Assembly: GCA_028534125.1 (NCBI GenBank)
Contig: CM052830.1
Location: forward strand, 20,770,001 to 20,834,000
Direction of reading: 5' to 3'
Origin: Lama glama
Lineage: Eukaryota
DNA length: 64,000 nucleotides
In this document: one piece after another, positions 11,877 to 22,400 of the stretch
Numbering within the stretch: position 1 is the stretch's first letter
Layout: every line of letters begins with the position of its first letter
Translations under genes and position numbers: made by a program
Notes under the pieces: generated by a model
What the model was told of the DNA's origin: nothing
The model's database searches: none
What the model saw: only the letters and a program-made list of their open reading frames with translations

Positions 11877-14176
11877 CTGGGACAGAGGCAGGAAGCAAAG
11901 TTCCCGTGAGAAGCTGCGAGGCCCTTCCCCCACCCTCCACCCCGGCCCCGCAGCCCCAGGCAGACACTGCTCAGGACTCCAGGAACAGGGCCTGCCCCGA
12001 AGAAAGCAGACACTTGATGCCCAGCCTGCCTCGTACAACACCAGACCTCTACTGTCCTGACAGCAAGCTGCTCTTGGCACCCGTGCCAACCTTAGGCTTT
12101 TTATGATCTCAGGTTGTCGACTCCCAGCAGGGAGTGGGCAGAGGAGTGGAGGCCTTGCGTGCGACAGCGCCAGGCCCAGAGCTCACTTGGTCCTGCCGCT
12201 GGCCAAGCCATCCCACCCAGAACCCTCCTGCAGCACCTCCTAACCTTCCTGAGCACACCTACAAGTCTGGGCAAACAGCTCCCCCTTGGGTGGGGCTTCC
12301 AGGATGGCGTGAAGCCTGGCAAGGGGTTGAGGGTGCCAGCAGTAGGTTCCTCTCACTGGGAGGCCCAGGGCTGCTCCCTTCACTACTCCTGACTCTCTGG
12401 CCCCACCTGCCTACCCACTAGCCACAGCATTTATCAGAGACCACTGAAATGCCAGGAAGCCTTGTTCAGTGTCCAGTGAGGATTTTAGTAATTCCTGCTG
12501 TCTACCTTCCGCCCTGATCCCCAGCCCCACCCCCGGGAGGCCACTTGCAGGATGCCGGCAGAGAAGGAAACCTGCTGAGGTTAGGCTGCCAGGTCCAATG
12601 CTGTCAGGAAGGGCCAGCCAGAGCACAGGTGCCCGGGGGAGAACTGGAGTGACAAGCCCTGGCCCACAAGGGTGTGGTCTTAAGGCCTCTGGGAAGCTGG
12701 CTTCGGTGCCTGTGGAGAGGTTCCCAGGCCCCACAGCAGAGGAATCTTCTAGCAAGTACCCTGTTTTTCTTTCCCTATTCCATTTCCCCAGATTTTCAGG
12801 GCAGGAAAGGACTTCGGAGGAAACGCCACTACAACCGCCTCCTAGAACAGGATCCCTCAGTGGCATTCCAACCCTTGACGCAGGGAAAGCACCGCTTCCA
12901 CACAGCCACTGCCGGGGCGGGATGGCCCTTTCTTCTGCTGAGCTGCATTCTGCCTCCTGACAACAAGCCCACCAGCCGACCCCCTCTGGAACCCCTAAGG
13001 GTCCCCTCAACCCTGTGTTTACCTATTAGTGACTTCAAAGGTTCACTTCCTGCCAAGCTACTCAAAGTGGCACAGCCCAGATAAGATAATCCCCAGCTCT
13101 CAGATCTGCCACATCTCTCTCTGGTCACAGTGTAATCTACATGTCCCATGGCCACTGGTCCCAGCCCTAACCTCAGGCCACACTGGATATGAAGCGTGTT
13201 TAAATGGGAACTGTGGGCCCAGGGAGACTTCCTCAGTAATAATCACTGCCTTAAATTGGGGCCACATGGCTAACTGGACTTCTGGGTCTCACTGTCCTTT
13301 CCAAGCAGCCCCTGAATGTGGGAGCACCAAGTAGGGTGGTACCTGGCTCTGCCATTCAACAGCTGGGGGATACAAACCCTGAGCAAGTTTCTTCATCTCT
13401 AGAATAACACGAGAGTCACATACAGGCAGCACGCGGCTCAAGTGAGACAGCGAGGACACAAGCACTTCACAGCCAAAGTACCCAACTAGCGAGAGGGCCG
13501 GGAAGGCAGGAAGGCGGTGCGCTCGCAGGAGCTGGCTTCCCAGCCTAAGGTAGAGGAGGCCAGGGTTCTGGTCTTGAGGAATGGCAAAGGGACAAAAAAG
13601 TATTTCACCATTCAGACTGGAAGGGAGCAAGGTACCCCCAGCAGCACCCCAGCACACACAGGTGTACCCCCCTGCTCTCCCTGAGCACACTCAAAGGGGC
13701 CCACCGCCTAGCCACACTGGAGAAGGCAGCAGCCTGCTTGCTGAGAAAGCCCTGGCTCTTGTTTCTTTCACCTGGGACAGCCCCCCAGGCAGACCTCCGG
13801 AGGGTGGGGGCTCATGCCTGGGACGGGCTCAGTACTACTCTCAACCCCCTGCCAGGCCCAGACCCTGAAAGAGATCACAGGACACAGATCCAGACCACGG
13901 GGGAGCCAGGGCCTTGCCCGGTTCTGATATTCACCACCACAGCCCTGAGGAAGTGGGGAAACTGGGGCAGCACCAGTCACTGACCACAGTTCTTGGGAAG
14001 GGATGGCACATGCCTCAGGAACCCCAGGAATTTCTCTCTATTTCAGGGGGTCAGCAAAATCCCAACATGCACAGGTTAGAACCCTGCTTCGGTGCTACCT
14101 TTCAAAAAGGAAAAGGTTAAGCTCTGCCATCACCTTCAAGAACCTCAGGCCATCTCTTCCCAGGAAGATGGCTCAC

Positions 14177-14243
14177 CTGGCATGGTCCAAGCACTCCACC
14201 ACCTTGCCAAAGGTGCCTTCACCCAGGTTCCCCACGATCTCAT
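14177..14243 (-). CDS. CLK3: CLK3 exon 5 (Gly-rich loop)
   Basis: ctcctAG| acceptor, CAG|GTGAGC donor; (Y)[22 protein letters not shown]. Confidence 0.97.
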
Positions 14244-14280
14244 CTAGGAGAGAAAAGAAACAGGGCATGAGGGTCTGGAG

Positions 14281-14896
14281 NNNNNNNNNNNNNNNNNNNN
14301 NNNNNNNNNNNNNNNNNNNNNNNNNNNNNNNNNNNNNNNNNNNNNNNNNNNNNNNNNNNNNNNNNNNNNNNNNNNNNNNNNNNNNNNNNNNNNNNNNNNN
14401 NNNNNNNNNNNNNNNNNNNNNNNNNCGCGCACTAGAGNNNNNNNNNNNNNNNNNNNNNNNNNNNNNNNNNNNNNNNNNNNNNNNNNNNNNNNNNNNNNNN
14501 NNNNNNNNNNNNNNNNNNNNNNNNNNNNNNNNNNNNNNNNNNNNNNNNNNNNNNNNNNNNNNNNNNNNNNNNNNNNNNNNNNNNNNNNNNNNNNNNNNNN
14601 NNNNNNNNNNNNNNNNNNNNNNNNNNNNNNNNNNNNNNNNNNNNNNNNNNNNNNNNNNNNNNNNNNNNNNNNNNNNNNNNNNNNNNNNNNNNNNNNNNNN
14701 NNNNNNNNNNNNNNNNNNNNNNNNNNNNNNNNNNNNNNNNNNNNNNNNNNNNNNNNNNNNNNNNNNNNNNNNNNNNNNNNNNNNNNNNNNNNNNNNNNNN
14801 NNNNNNNNNNNNNNNNNNNNNNNNNNNNNNNNNNNNNNNNNNNNNNNNNNNNNNNNNNNNNNNNNNNNNNNNNNNNNNNNNNNNNNNNNNNNNNNN
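14281..14896. other. Two assembly gaps with a 12-nt island (14426-14437), expected to contain CLK3 exon 4
   Basis: Exon 3 ends in phase 0 and exon 5 starts in phase 1, so an intervening exon of 3n+1 nt is needed. None is visible outside the gap. Confidence 0.8.
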
Positions 14897-16468
14897 CCGC
14901 AAACGCTCAGGAAGACGACCAGCCTCTGCCGCTGAGGGGCTGGGCCGTGTGGAGAGTCACAGCCCAGACTCCCTCCTCCGCCGAGTCTCCCCCTCCCCGG
15001 CCCCCCCGTGCTAGTGCGGCCAGGGTGAAGACGCGGAGAGAACGGCGCAAGAAGACGGCTGGCCCAGCCTGGGTCCGATCACCCAGAGTGGTCAGAGGCC
15101 ACTCTGGCTTCAGCTGCAGAACGCCCAGCCTGCCCTTGCCTGCCTCTGTTCGCCCACGCAGCCCTGCACAGGCCCAACAGCTGCCACCTGCCCCTAGACG
15201 GCACCTGCGGCCAGAATGAACATCACCACCAGAAACGGCCTTTCGTCAGCGGCCCTTGTGCCACCAGCCTCGAGCAGGGAGGGAGCCCCGGATCCTCTGT
15301 GCCAGTTGACCTCCAGGCCTACCACCACGATGGCCCGTGCAGGCCCCAAGCCAGCTCCTGCCCTGGCCTTGGCACCTACGCTACTCACAGGCCAGGCTCC
15401 TCCCGAGCCTCATGACAACAGAGGGCACCAAAGAGAGAGAAGCAGCAGAGCCACATACCTGCACCACCATCCTGTGGCAGCGTGCAGAGAGGCCACCAGG
15501 CCACGCCGGGCGCCCGCAGTCAACCCTCAACCCACGGCCACTCAAAGAAGTCACAGGAAAGCTGGGCAGAGAAGATGCCTGGCCCCCTCCACTACTCCTC
15601 AGGGGCCTCACGGCCGGGAGCAAGGGCGGGAGGGAAGCAGGTTGGGGAGAAGAGAAGACAGTATATACCCTCAGAGATACACAGCTGGCCTTTCTCCCCA
15701 GAGGCCTGAGCGCAGGTGGGCTCCGTCTCCGCAGAGAGCTATACGACCCTCCACGCTAAGAATGCTGCCAGGCCCTGCTCTGGGCATGTGGCCCGCAAGT
15801 GGGCAACGCCTGGAGCTGTGGGCCTTTCTGCCATTTCTTCACATGCCTCATCACACAGGCAGCTCGTCCCCTTCACCTTCACCGCCCCTCACATGAAGAG
15901 GCTAGGCTGAAGAGGGCCTGACTGGAGGTAAGAGGGAGCTCCCAGTCTGAGCTGAATGACAGCCGGCCCTCCCCAGCCCATGGGCGCTCCAGCCTCTGGG
16001 CCTTTGGGGAGGGGTGTGGAGGTGAGACTGCAGAGGTGGCTGCAGTCCACAGCAGTCAGAGTGCTCAGCTGTGTGTGGGGGCCGATCTCTGAGTGGGAAG
16101 GACCAGGCCATATGGCTCCAGACCACACACCAGCAACCTCATTAAAGATTCTGAAGAAGTGTCCCTGGCCACTTGCATCACGTGGCCTGTGCCTGAAGCA
16201 GTGTGGAGACAGACAGGCCGGGGGCCAGCCAGCGCCGGAACCAGAGCCCCTACAGCTGCCACTGCCCATGGGCCAGCAGATAAAGGAGCCAGGCCCCCTG
16301 CTCAGCCCTGCACCTGGACCAGACAACACAAACACACACACACATGCACGCACACCAAACTCGCGTGCGCAGAGCTGGCGGTACTCACCCAGACCAGCCA
16401 GCCTGAGAGAAGGCTAGAAAGAGATGAGGCCTTTAAGCCCCAGCCAGCACACTCTGGCTACCACTCAC

Positions 16469-16685
16469 CGAGGAGGCGCTGCTACAAGACCTGGTGCGGC
16501 GTTTGTGGCAGTGGTGGGCGTGCTTGCGGGTCCGGTACGGCTCCCTCTCCCGTGACCGCCGACGGTGATGGGAACGGGAGGATCCATAGCAGTCCTCTCC
16601 GAAGGACGGGCTCCGCTCTTCGTATCGGTACGCGTCGCTGTCCCGGGGCTCCCGGTATCTCCTCTGGTAGGGTAGGCGGTCATGG
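16469..16685 (-). CDS. CLK3: CLK3 exon 3 (RS-rich region)
   Basis: ttggcAG|C acceptor, TCG|GTGAGT donor; 217 nt encoding HDRLPYQRRYREPRDSDAYRYEERSPSFGEDCYGSSRSHHRRRSRERSRTGPASTP-type Arg/Ser-rich sequence ending ...SCSSASS. Confidence 0.93.
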
Positions 16686-17339
16686 CTGCCAAGACAGGGA
16701 CAGGGACACTGGGCAGTCAGGGCCGTTCCTCACACCAACCCGGTTCCTGCCACCAGGCAAGAGGCATGTGGTGGGGCCCCTGTAAAGGGCTCACAAGGGT
16801 AACCTGTTGGAGCAGAGGCACCCAGACTAGGGGCAGGGGGGTGGGTGGGAATGTGAAGTCCACCCTCCGGAAGCTCGGCCCCTTCAGTGCCACAGGAGGC
16901 AGAGCACTGGGGTGTGAGTGTGGTGGAGGGCCTGGAGGACCTACCACCCCAGGGCTCTCTGTGGCCTGCGGAGACTGTAATTTCAGGCTGGGGGCTGAGA
17001 AAAGACCAGGAACAAACCTCTGGAAAGGTCTGTGGTTATGTTCCTAATCCTCAATGAGAAAGGCTCTGAGGTTAGCAGGGGAGATGCCAGCCTAGAAAGC
17101 AGGGGAATGTGTCAGGAGAAGGAAGAGTCAAGGACAGAGAAAGAAGGGGCAGCAAGGTATCCAACCCTGAGGCCAGTGAATGCAGGGGAAGGGACGGGAG
17201 GAGCCTGGAGAGGACGAGGCAGCGAGTGGTCTAGGCACAGCTGGGCAGAGGGGCACCTGCAGGGGCCCAGGGCTGCCAGACTGTCTTCCTGGTCCAGACG
17301 TGGGAAGGCATCCTTTCTTCCCACCTAGTTCCCTCTCAC

Positions 17340-17491
17340 CTTCTGGACCGAGATCGCCGGGGTGGAGGCTCCCTTCGAGACGGGTATCGCAGTCTCCCTT
17401 CGTGCTCCCGACTGTAAGACCTCCTCCTCTTCCAGCGGTAGCTCAGGTATGGGTCTGGCTCAGGGGAGCGGTATCGCTTACAGTGATGCAT
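17340..17491 (-). CDS. CLK3: CLK3 exon 2 (start codon is the first base of the exon)
   Basis: ggcctAG|ATG CAT CAC TGT; MHHCKRYRSPEPDPYLSYRWKRRRSYSREHEGRLRYPSRREPPPRRSRSR; donor AAG|GTGAGA. Confidence 0.97.
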
Positions 17492-19169
17492 CTAGGCCAC
17501 AAGAAATAGAAAGCTCTGCTAAACACACGGCCAGTCACAGCTGGCAGCCTAAGTGCTCCTGAAGAGGCTCATTGTTCTGTTTGGGGGCAGCCCCTCCCAA
17601 GGGTTTATGAAGTGAAGAAGAACTCTGAGGTCACATTGGTCAAACAGCAGACAATGGGTAACACCCTTCTCCACCAGTGAACAAACAAACAGCTGCCTCC
17701 CCAGCACAGCATCGTTGGCCTGGTGGCCTGAGCACTCAGGGAACCAGGAGAGCCAGGACAGGTGCTGAGGCAGAATGCAGAGCAGGTGTGTGTGGGGGTA
17801 AGAACCATCACAGGAGACCAAGGCCAAGGAGAAGGGGAAGCCTCCTTTGCTTAATTCCTTCCTCCCTGTCTGTGGGGTCCTATGAAGGCCTGCTGTCAAG
17901 CCAGAGGCCAGAGTCAAAAGGCTGTTGGCAGGGAGCCAACCCACAAAAGCGGGGTGAAAGTCCTTGAGTTTGAGAGGCTAAGTTGCCTGATTGAGGCCCT
18001 GAACTGGACCCCACTCCAGGGAGCAAGGACCACAAGTCAGTGTGAGGAACCACAGGCAGAAACAAGAAGGCCAGCCCTTGGGGAAAGAGGTGCACAGGGT
18101 CCTACACACATTCCCTAGCCGACCCGAGGGTCTGGTCAGACACAGGGGTCTTTACAGCCTTGCTGGTCCATACGTTGTCTCAGTATCAGTGAAGATGTCA
18201 GGGTCCTCAGAGCATCCAAGTTTCCTGCCCAAGGCCTATTTAGCGCCCTCAGACGACCTGCCACCAGTGCCATGCTGGGCAGGGCCTCAGCTCTATCCAG
18301 CAGGACACTACTGTCTACTCTTCCAGACCCCCTGCTCCAGCACCTTCTCCTGTGCCCATCTCCGGAACAGCCAGAAGGCTGGCTGTCTGGCAGGCTGTGG
18401 CTTGGAGAGGCAGGCCTCACTATCCCTACTTCAGTGGGGACTTACATCCACCCCAGGAAATTGCCAAGTCGGATCAGTCACCAGACGAGAAAGACAGCTA
18501 AGTCAGGCCAGCTCCCTGTTCCCCTCCACACCCCAAACCCTGACACTGCCTCCATGGGATGGCTGGGCCAGAGACCATGACCAGACCAACCCTTCACTTG
18601 GCCATAGCCAACCTCCAATGGTGGTCAGTCCTGGGCGTGCCTGATCAAGCACATTTTGGACAAATCCACTGAGGCTGCTCCATCTCATGAGAAGGGTGTG
18701 TCTGGAGGAAAGCAGGATGGAATGGCTCTCCTTAGAGGAGTAGGGCAGCGAGGCATATTTGACAAAACCCCTGGGAGCTTCTCCATGATCCTGGTAAAGT
18801 CAATGTCCTCAATTTCCCCCCAGCAGATGTCCTCTGCTGTCTATCTGGAAGTTCAGGCCCCAGCAATCCTTGGCAATAAATACGTGTAACAGCTCCTCAA
18901 GAACTTAAGACTGCTGTTCTGTTTTGGTGGTCAGCTGAGTAATGTTTCACTGTCTCCCTGCAATTACGCTGGGTCAGGTGCCCGAGCTATGGAACGAAGA
19001 CAGTATCTCACATCTGACTAAGTGACACAGAAGATGCCCAGTAGCTGAGGCAAAGGCCCTGCCCACTCTCACTAGGCAAAGCACCAGAGCTGGAAGACAC
19101 AGTCTAGTCAGCACCAGGCCGAAGACTCCCTCCTGCAACCTGGAAGATTCTTATGTACACACATGCTAA

Positions 19170-19420
19170 TGTTAGTGAAAAGAGCACAGCGTCAGAGTCC
19201 GATGTCAATTTGAATCCTGGCACTGCCACTTCTAGCTGTGTGCCTTTAGGCCAGTTACTAAACAACTCTAATCTTCAGCTTCTTCTTGCACCAAGGGGAT
19301 AGTAATCTCTTACATGGTTCTGTAAGGGGGAAATTATTTCACTCCTTTAAGTAACATGCCTAGTACCTGCCTTGAGGTAAAATGCCTAGCACAGGTCTGG
19401 GCCCACAACAGGACTGAACA
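19170..19420. mobile_element. MIR SINE fragment (a second fragment at ~19540-19700)
   Basis: MIR core phrase tgaatcctggcactgccacttctagctgtgtgcctttaggccagttactaaac. Confidence 0.65.
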
Positions 19421-20649
19421 CAGCTTTTCATTAACAACATCAAAAATTAGGTTTCAGGTAACATCTCTGTGGGTATTAAATGCCTTAAGGGCATTATGGA
19501 TATTTTAGAAATCCCTTTCAAGGGACCAGAAGGGAGAGAGCTCTAGGTAGAAAACTGAACCAAATCCCACTGCTGCCACTTACTGACCTCGTGACCTTAT
19601 ACAAGTCACTCTAGACCTTGGTTACTATACCTGGAAAATGGAGATGACACCACCTCCCAGCCAACTTGGCAGAGAAGATGACAAGCATAAGAACTGTAAA
19701 ATATCACATACAAGGCAATCATAGAGATTATCTCTCCCTTAACACATTCTAGGCAGGTGGAATATTGGGAATACCAGATGCCCCTCGTTATCTTCCCAGT
19801 TAGGGCTCTAGGGCCCATTTCTCGTCAATTATCTCCGATTCTCTGAGACCCCTGCAAACGGGTTGTTAAAAGTTAAGGGCCACAATTGTGCTCTGCAAGG
19901 CTCTACTCTACACAATGAAGAAAAAGGTAATGTGAAGCAAACCAGGCTGAGGATGCCAGCTTTTCTCGGAGCACAGGCCTATCCGTCTTCTCATCCGCTG
20001 TTCCTGGCCAGAGAACCGGGTTGACAAGAAGAGCAGCCAGCCAGGTCAGCGGCTGTCCTCCGGAATCCCAGCCACCCCAGCGCTGCATGGTTATTTTTGG
20101 CTGACGCTGCCCCACCACTGCAACCTCAAACCTGCCACCTTGCAAGCCGCCACCACCAAGAGAAACGCTCCTCCTTTTCAAGGGCATGGAGGTGGGAAGC
20201 TGGAAGGCCGCCAACTCCGCCTCGACGGGGGCCTGGCTCAGGCGATTCCCATCCCAGCTCCACACCACGACACCCGCTCCCGGAACTAAAGCACAGAGAC
20301 TCCCGGACCGTGAAGCAGAATGTCAGCTTGGCCTAGCCCCTCCCCCGGGCTGGAGCGGCTCCACCATTACAACAAAATATGCGGGGGGCCTGCGGCCCTC
20401 GCTCACCCTTCCTTCCTGACGCCTCGGGTCCCAGAGATCTCAGAGCCCCGTCCCCCGTAACCGCCGCCAGTAGAAGCTAGGGAAGACCTTGGGGGAGGGA
20501 GGAGCAGGGGGAAGGCCAGCCGGAGCCGGAATCAAACTCCAAGACGCTCGGGGAGAAGTCGCCTGCGGACCAAGCCTCAAGCCAGGGGAAGGGGAGGGGG
20601 GTCTGAAAGCCCCTCCAGGCTATCCCAGGTAGGACCCCGACCCTATTCC

Positions 20650-22400
20650 GCGGGCAGGTGCAGGGCCTCAGAGGCCTCTTAGCCTCGGACTCCGACACGC
20701 AGGATCGAGAGGTCGGGGTCTGCGATGACCGCCCCCTTGGGGAGAAGCGGCGGGTCAGGGGTGAGAGGTTGGGGCCGCGGCCTGAGATGCGCCGAGAAGA
20801 AAACCAAAGGGAGTAGGCAGAGACCGAACCGGGAGCCCGGGGACCCACACCCAGAGCGCCTGCCCCGCCGACTCACCCCACCACCGCCACCGTCACCGAC
20901 GCGGGCCCGGGCCCCCCACTCACCGTCTCCCAGGCTCCGGCTGCGGCTAGGCCCCACTCCCCGCTCCGAAAGCCTCTTCCGCTTCCGGCTCCGGCCTCCG
21001 CCCGTGGCGGCCCCGCCCCTCGCGTGACGCAACCTTCGCCAGCCGGAGATCGACGCAGCTCCGCGGCTTGGCCGCTCTATCCCGCGACTCGAAGGTTCTG
21101 GAGGACCCGCCTTCTCAGCCGGGGTCAGAGTGGCAGCCGCGGCTCCCGGAGGGGCGAGGGCATGTCTCCGGCCGCGGCCCGCCCCACCGCCGTGTCGCGA
21201 CGCACGTAGGCCCCAAAGACGCGACGAAAGCTCAGTCCCCGGCTGACGGGCGCCGGGAGCCAAGAGGTGGAGCCTCGACCCCGCCCGTGCTCGCCCGTCC
21301 CTTCCTGCGCGCCGGGAGGAGGGCATTGTTTCGCAGTCGCCTTAGTGAAATCTGGGCAGACCCTGAGAACCCGCCCGGCCCCAGGGCCCCGGAGGGCGCT
21401 AAAAACCGCGGAGGTCTATGCGCCGAGGTTCGGAAGGCGGTCCCCACTCCCAGCTATGTGACAGAAGCAAATGAGACCTTCCTCTCTGTGTGTGTGGGGT
21501 CTTTAAAGCCATGGCGGCACGCTCCGGTGCACGTGCACAGCAGTCTGGGAAGACACCGGAGAGTCCTGTCGGCGGGCCCTCTGGAGGGACGGGGTCTAGG
21601 GGAAAGGGGAGGTCTCGTTTTCTTTCAGCAGCCGTGGAGCACGGCACTGAGCGGACCAGCATTGTTTCTTGGTTATAAACCCCCGCCACAGAGAAGCCCT
21701 GCGGCCCGCCGCAGACAGAAGCCGCTGCCATTTCTCCCCGGAGTCACTCGGCGACCCCTTTGCCCGGGCCCCAGCGTGGGCTCACCGAAGCCCCGTCCAC
21801 CTACTGTCCCGCGCTTGGTCAGGGCGGGATAACGAGGCTCTGTTTGCTAGATGAGGAAACCGAGGTCAGGTCCTTTGGGAGACCTCACGGCTTGTAAACT
21901 TGCACTCCCCGCCCCCGGGCTCTCGCTGGCGTCATTCAGCAACGCGAGCCGGAGCGACCTCTAATTGCCCCCACGCCACGCCAGGGCGGGAGCCGGAGGG
22001 AGCCAGCATCCCTCCAGACCCCGCCCCTCCTCCCGACCGCGCCGCCGGGGCGGCCAGGGTTTCCCCGGCCCCGCCCCGCCCCGCCCCAGCGAGGGCTGGG
22101 CACGCCCCCGGCGCGAGGCACCGCCTCCCGCCTCCCGCCCCCCAGGCGCGGTAGGAGTGGAGCCGCCCCCAGAGTGGCGGCGGTCTCTCCTGACTCTCAC
22201 TTAACCCAGGGTCTGACGGCGTGGCTGCAGCGGGTGCTTAGTGTCCCCCAAAATCTCCGTTAGTTCCGCCACCCTCACCGGAAGTACACAACCGAAGCAA
22301 AGTAAAAACAGGATGCTTGCTACACTATTGCAGCCTCAGGACCGGTCCCAGTCCCCTTCCAACCAATGCACTTGTCCCCCAATATAGAAATTCAGGAGCC
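20650..22400. promoter_or_regulatory. CLK3: CpG-island promoter of CLK3 (possibly bidirectional)
   Basis: Very CpG-dense. Tandem ETS cttccgcttccgg (20976-20988), GC box (~21011-21019), CRE-like gtgacgca (21024-21031), (gcccc)n GC-box run (~22068-22087), ETS ccggaagt (22278-22285), CCAAT (22363-22367). Confidence 0.85.
20924..21000 (-). other. CLK3: CLK3 proximal first exon (5' end approximate)
   Basis: Strong donor GAGACG|GTGAGT inside a CpG island. Preceding sequence reads ...SGEWGLAAAGAWET, as I recall for the human long-isoform junction. Confidence 0.8.

Noticed and set aside
12411-13084. Overlapping 136-199 aa ORFs in CLK3 intron 5
   Set aside because: Open on both strands with no protein-like pattern; consistent with chance in GC-rich intron.
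14426-15018. 8-bp inverted match (cgcactag at 14428-14435 / ctagtgcg at 15011-15018) that might loop out CLK3 exon 4
   Set aside because: Too short to be significant, and the 12-nt island between gaps may be misplaced.
15216-16785. 226-aa and 230-aa + strand ORFs antisense to CLK3
   Set aside because: Low-complexity GC-driven composition, partly the shadow of exon 3, with no splice or homology support.
21068-21832. 254-aa + strand ORF in the CpG island
   Set aside because: Non-ATG start, Pro/Arg/Gly/Ala-rich composition expected from GC-rich DNA, and no recognisable domain.
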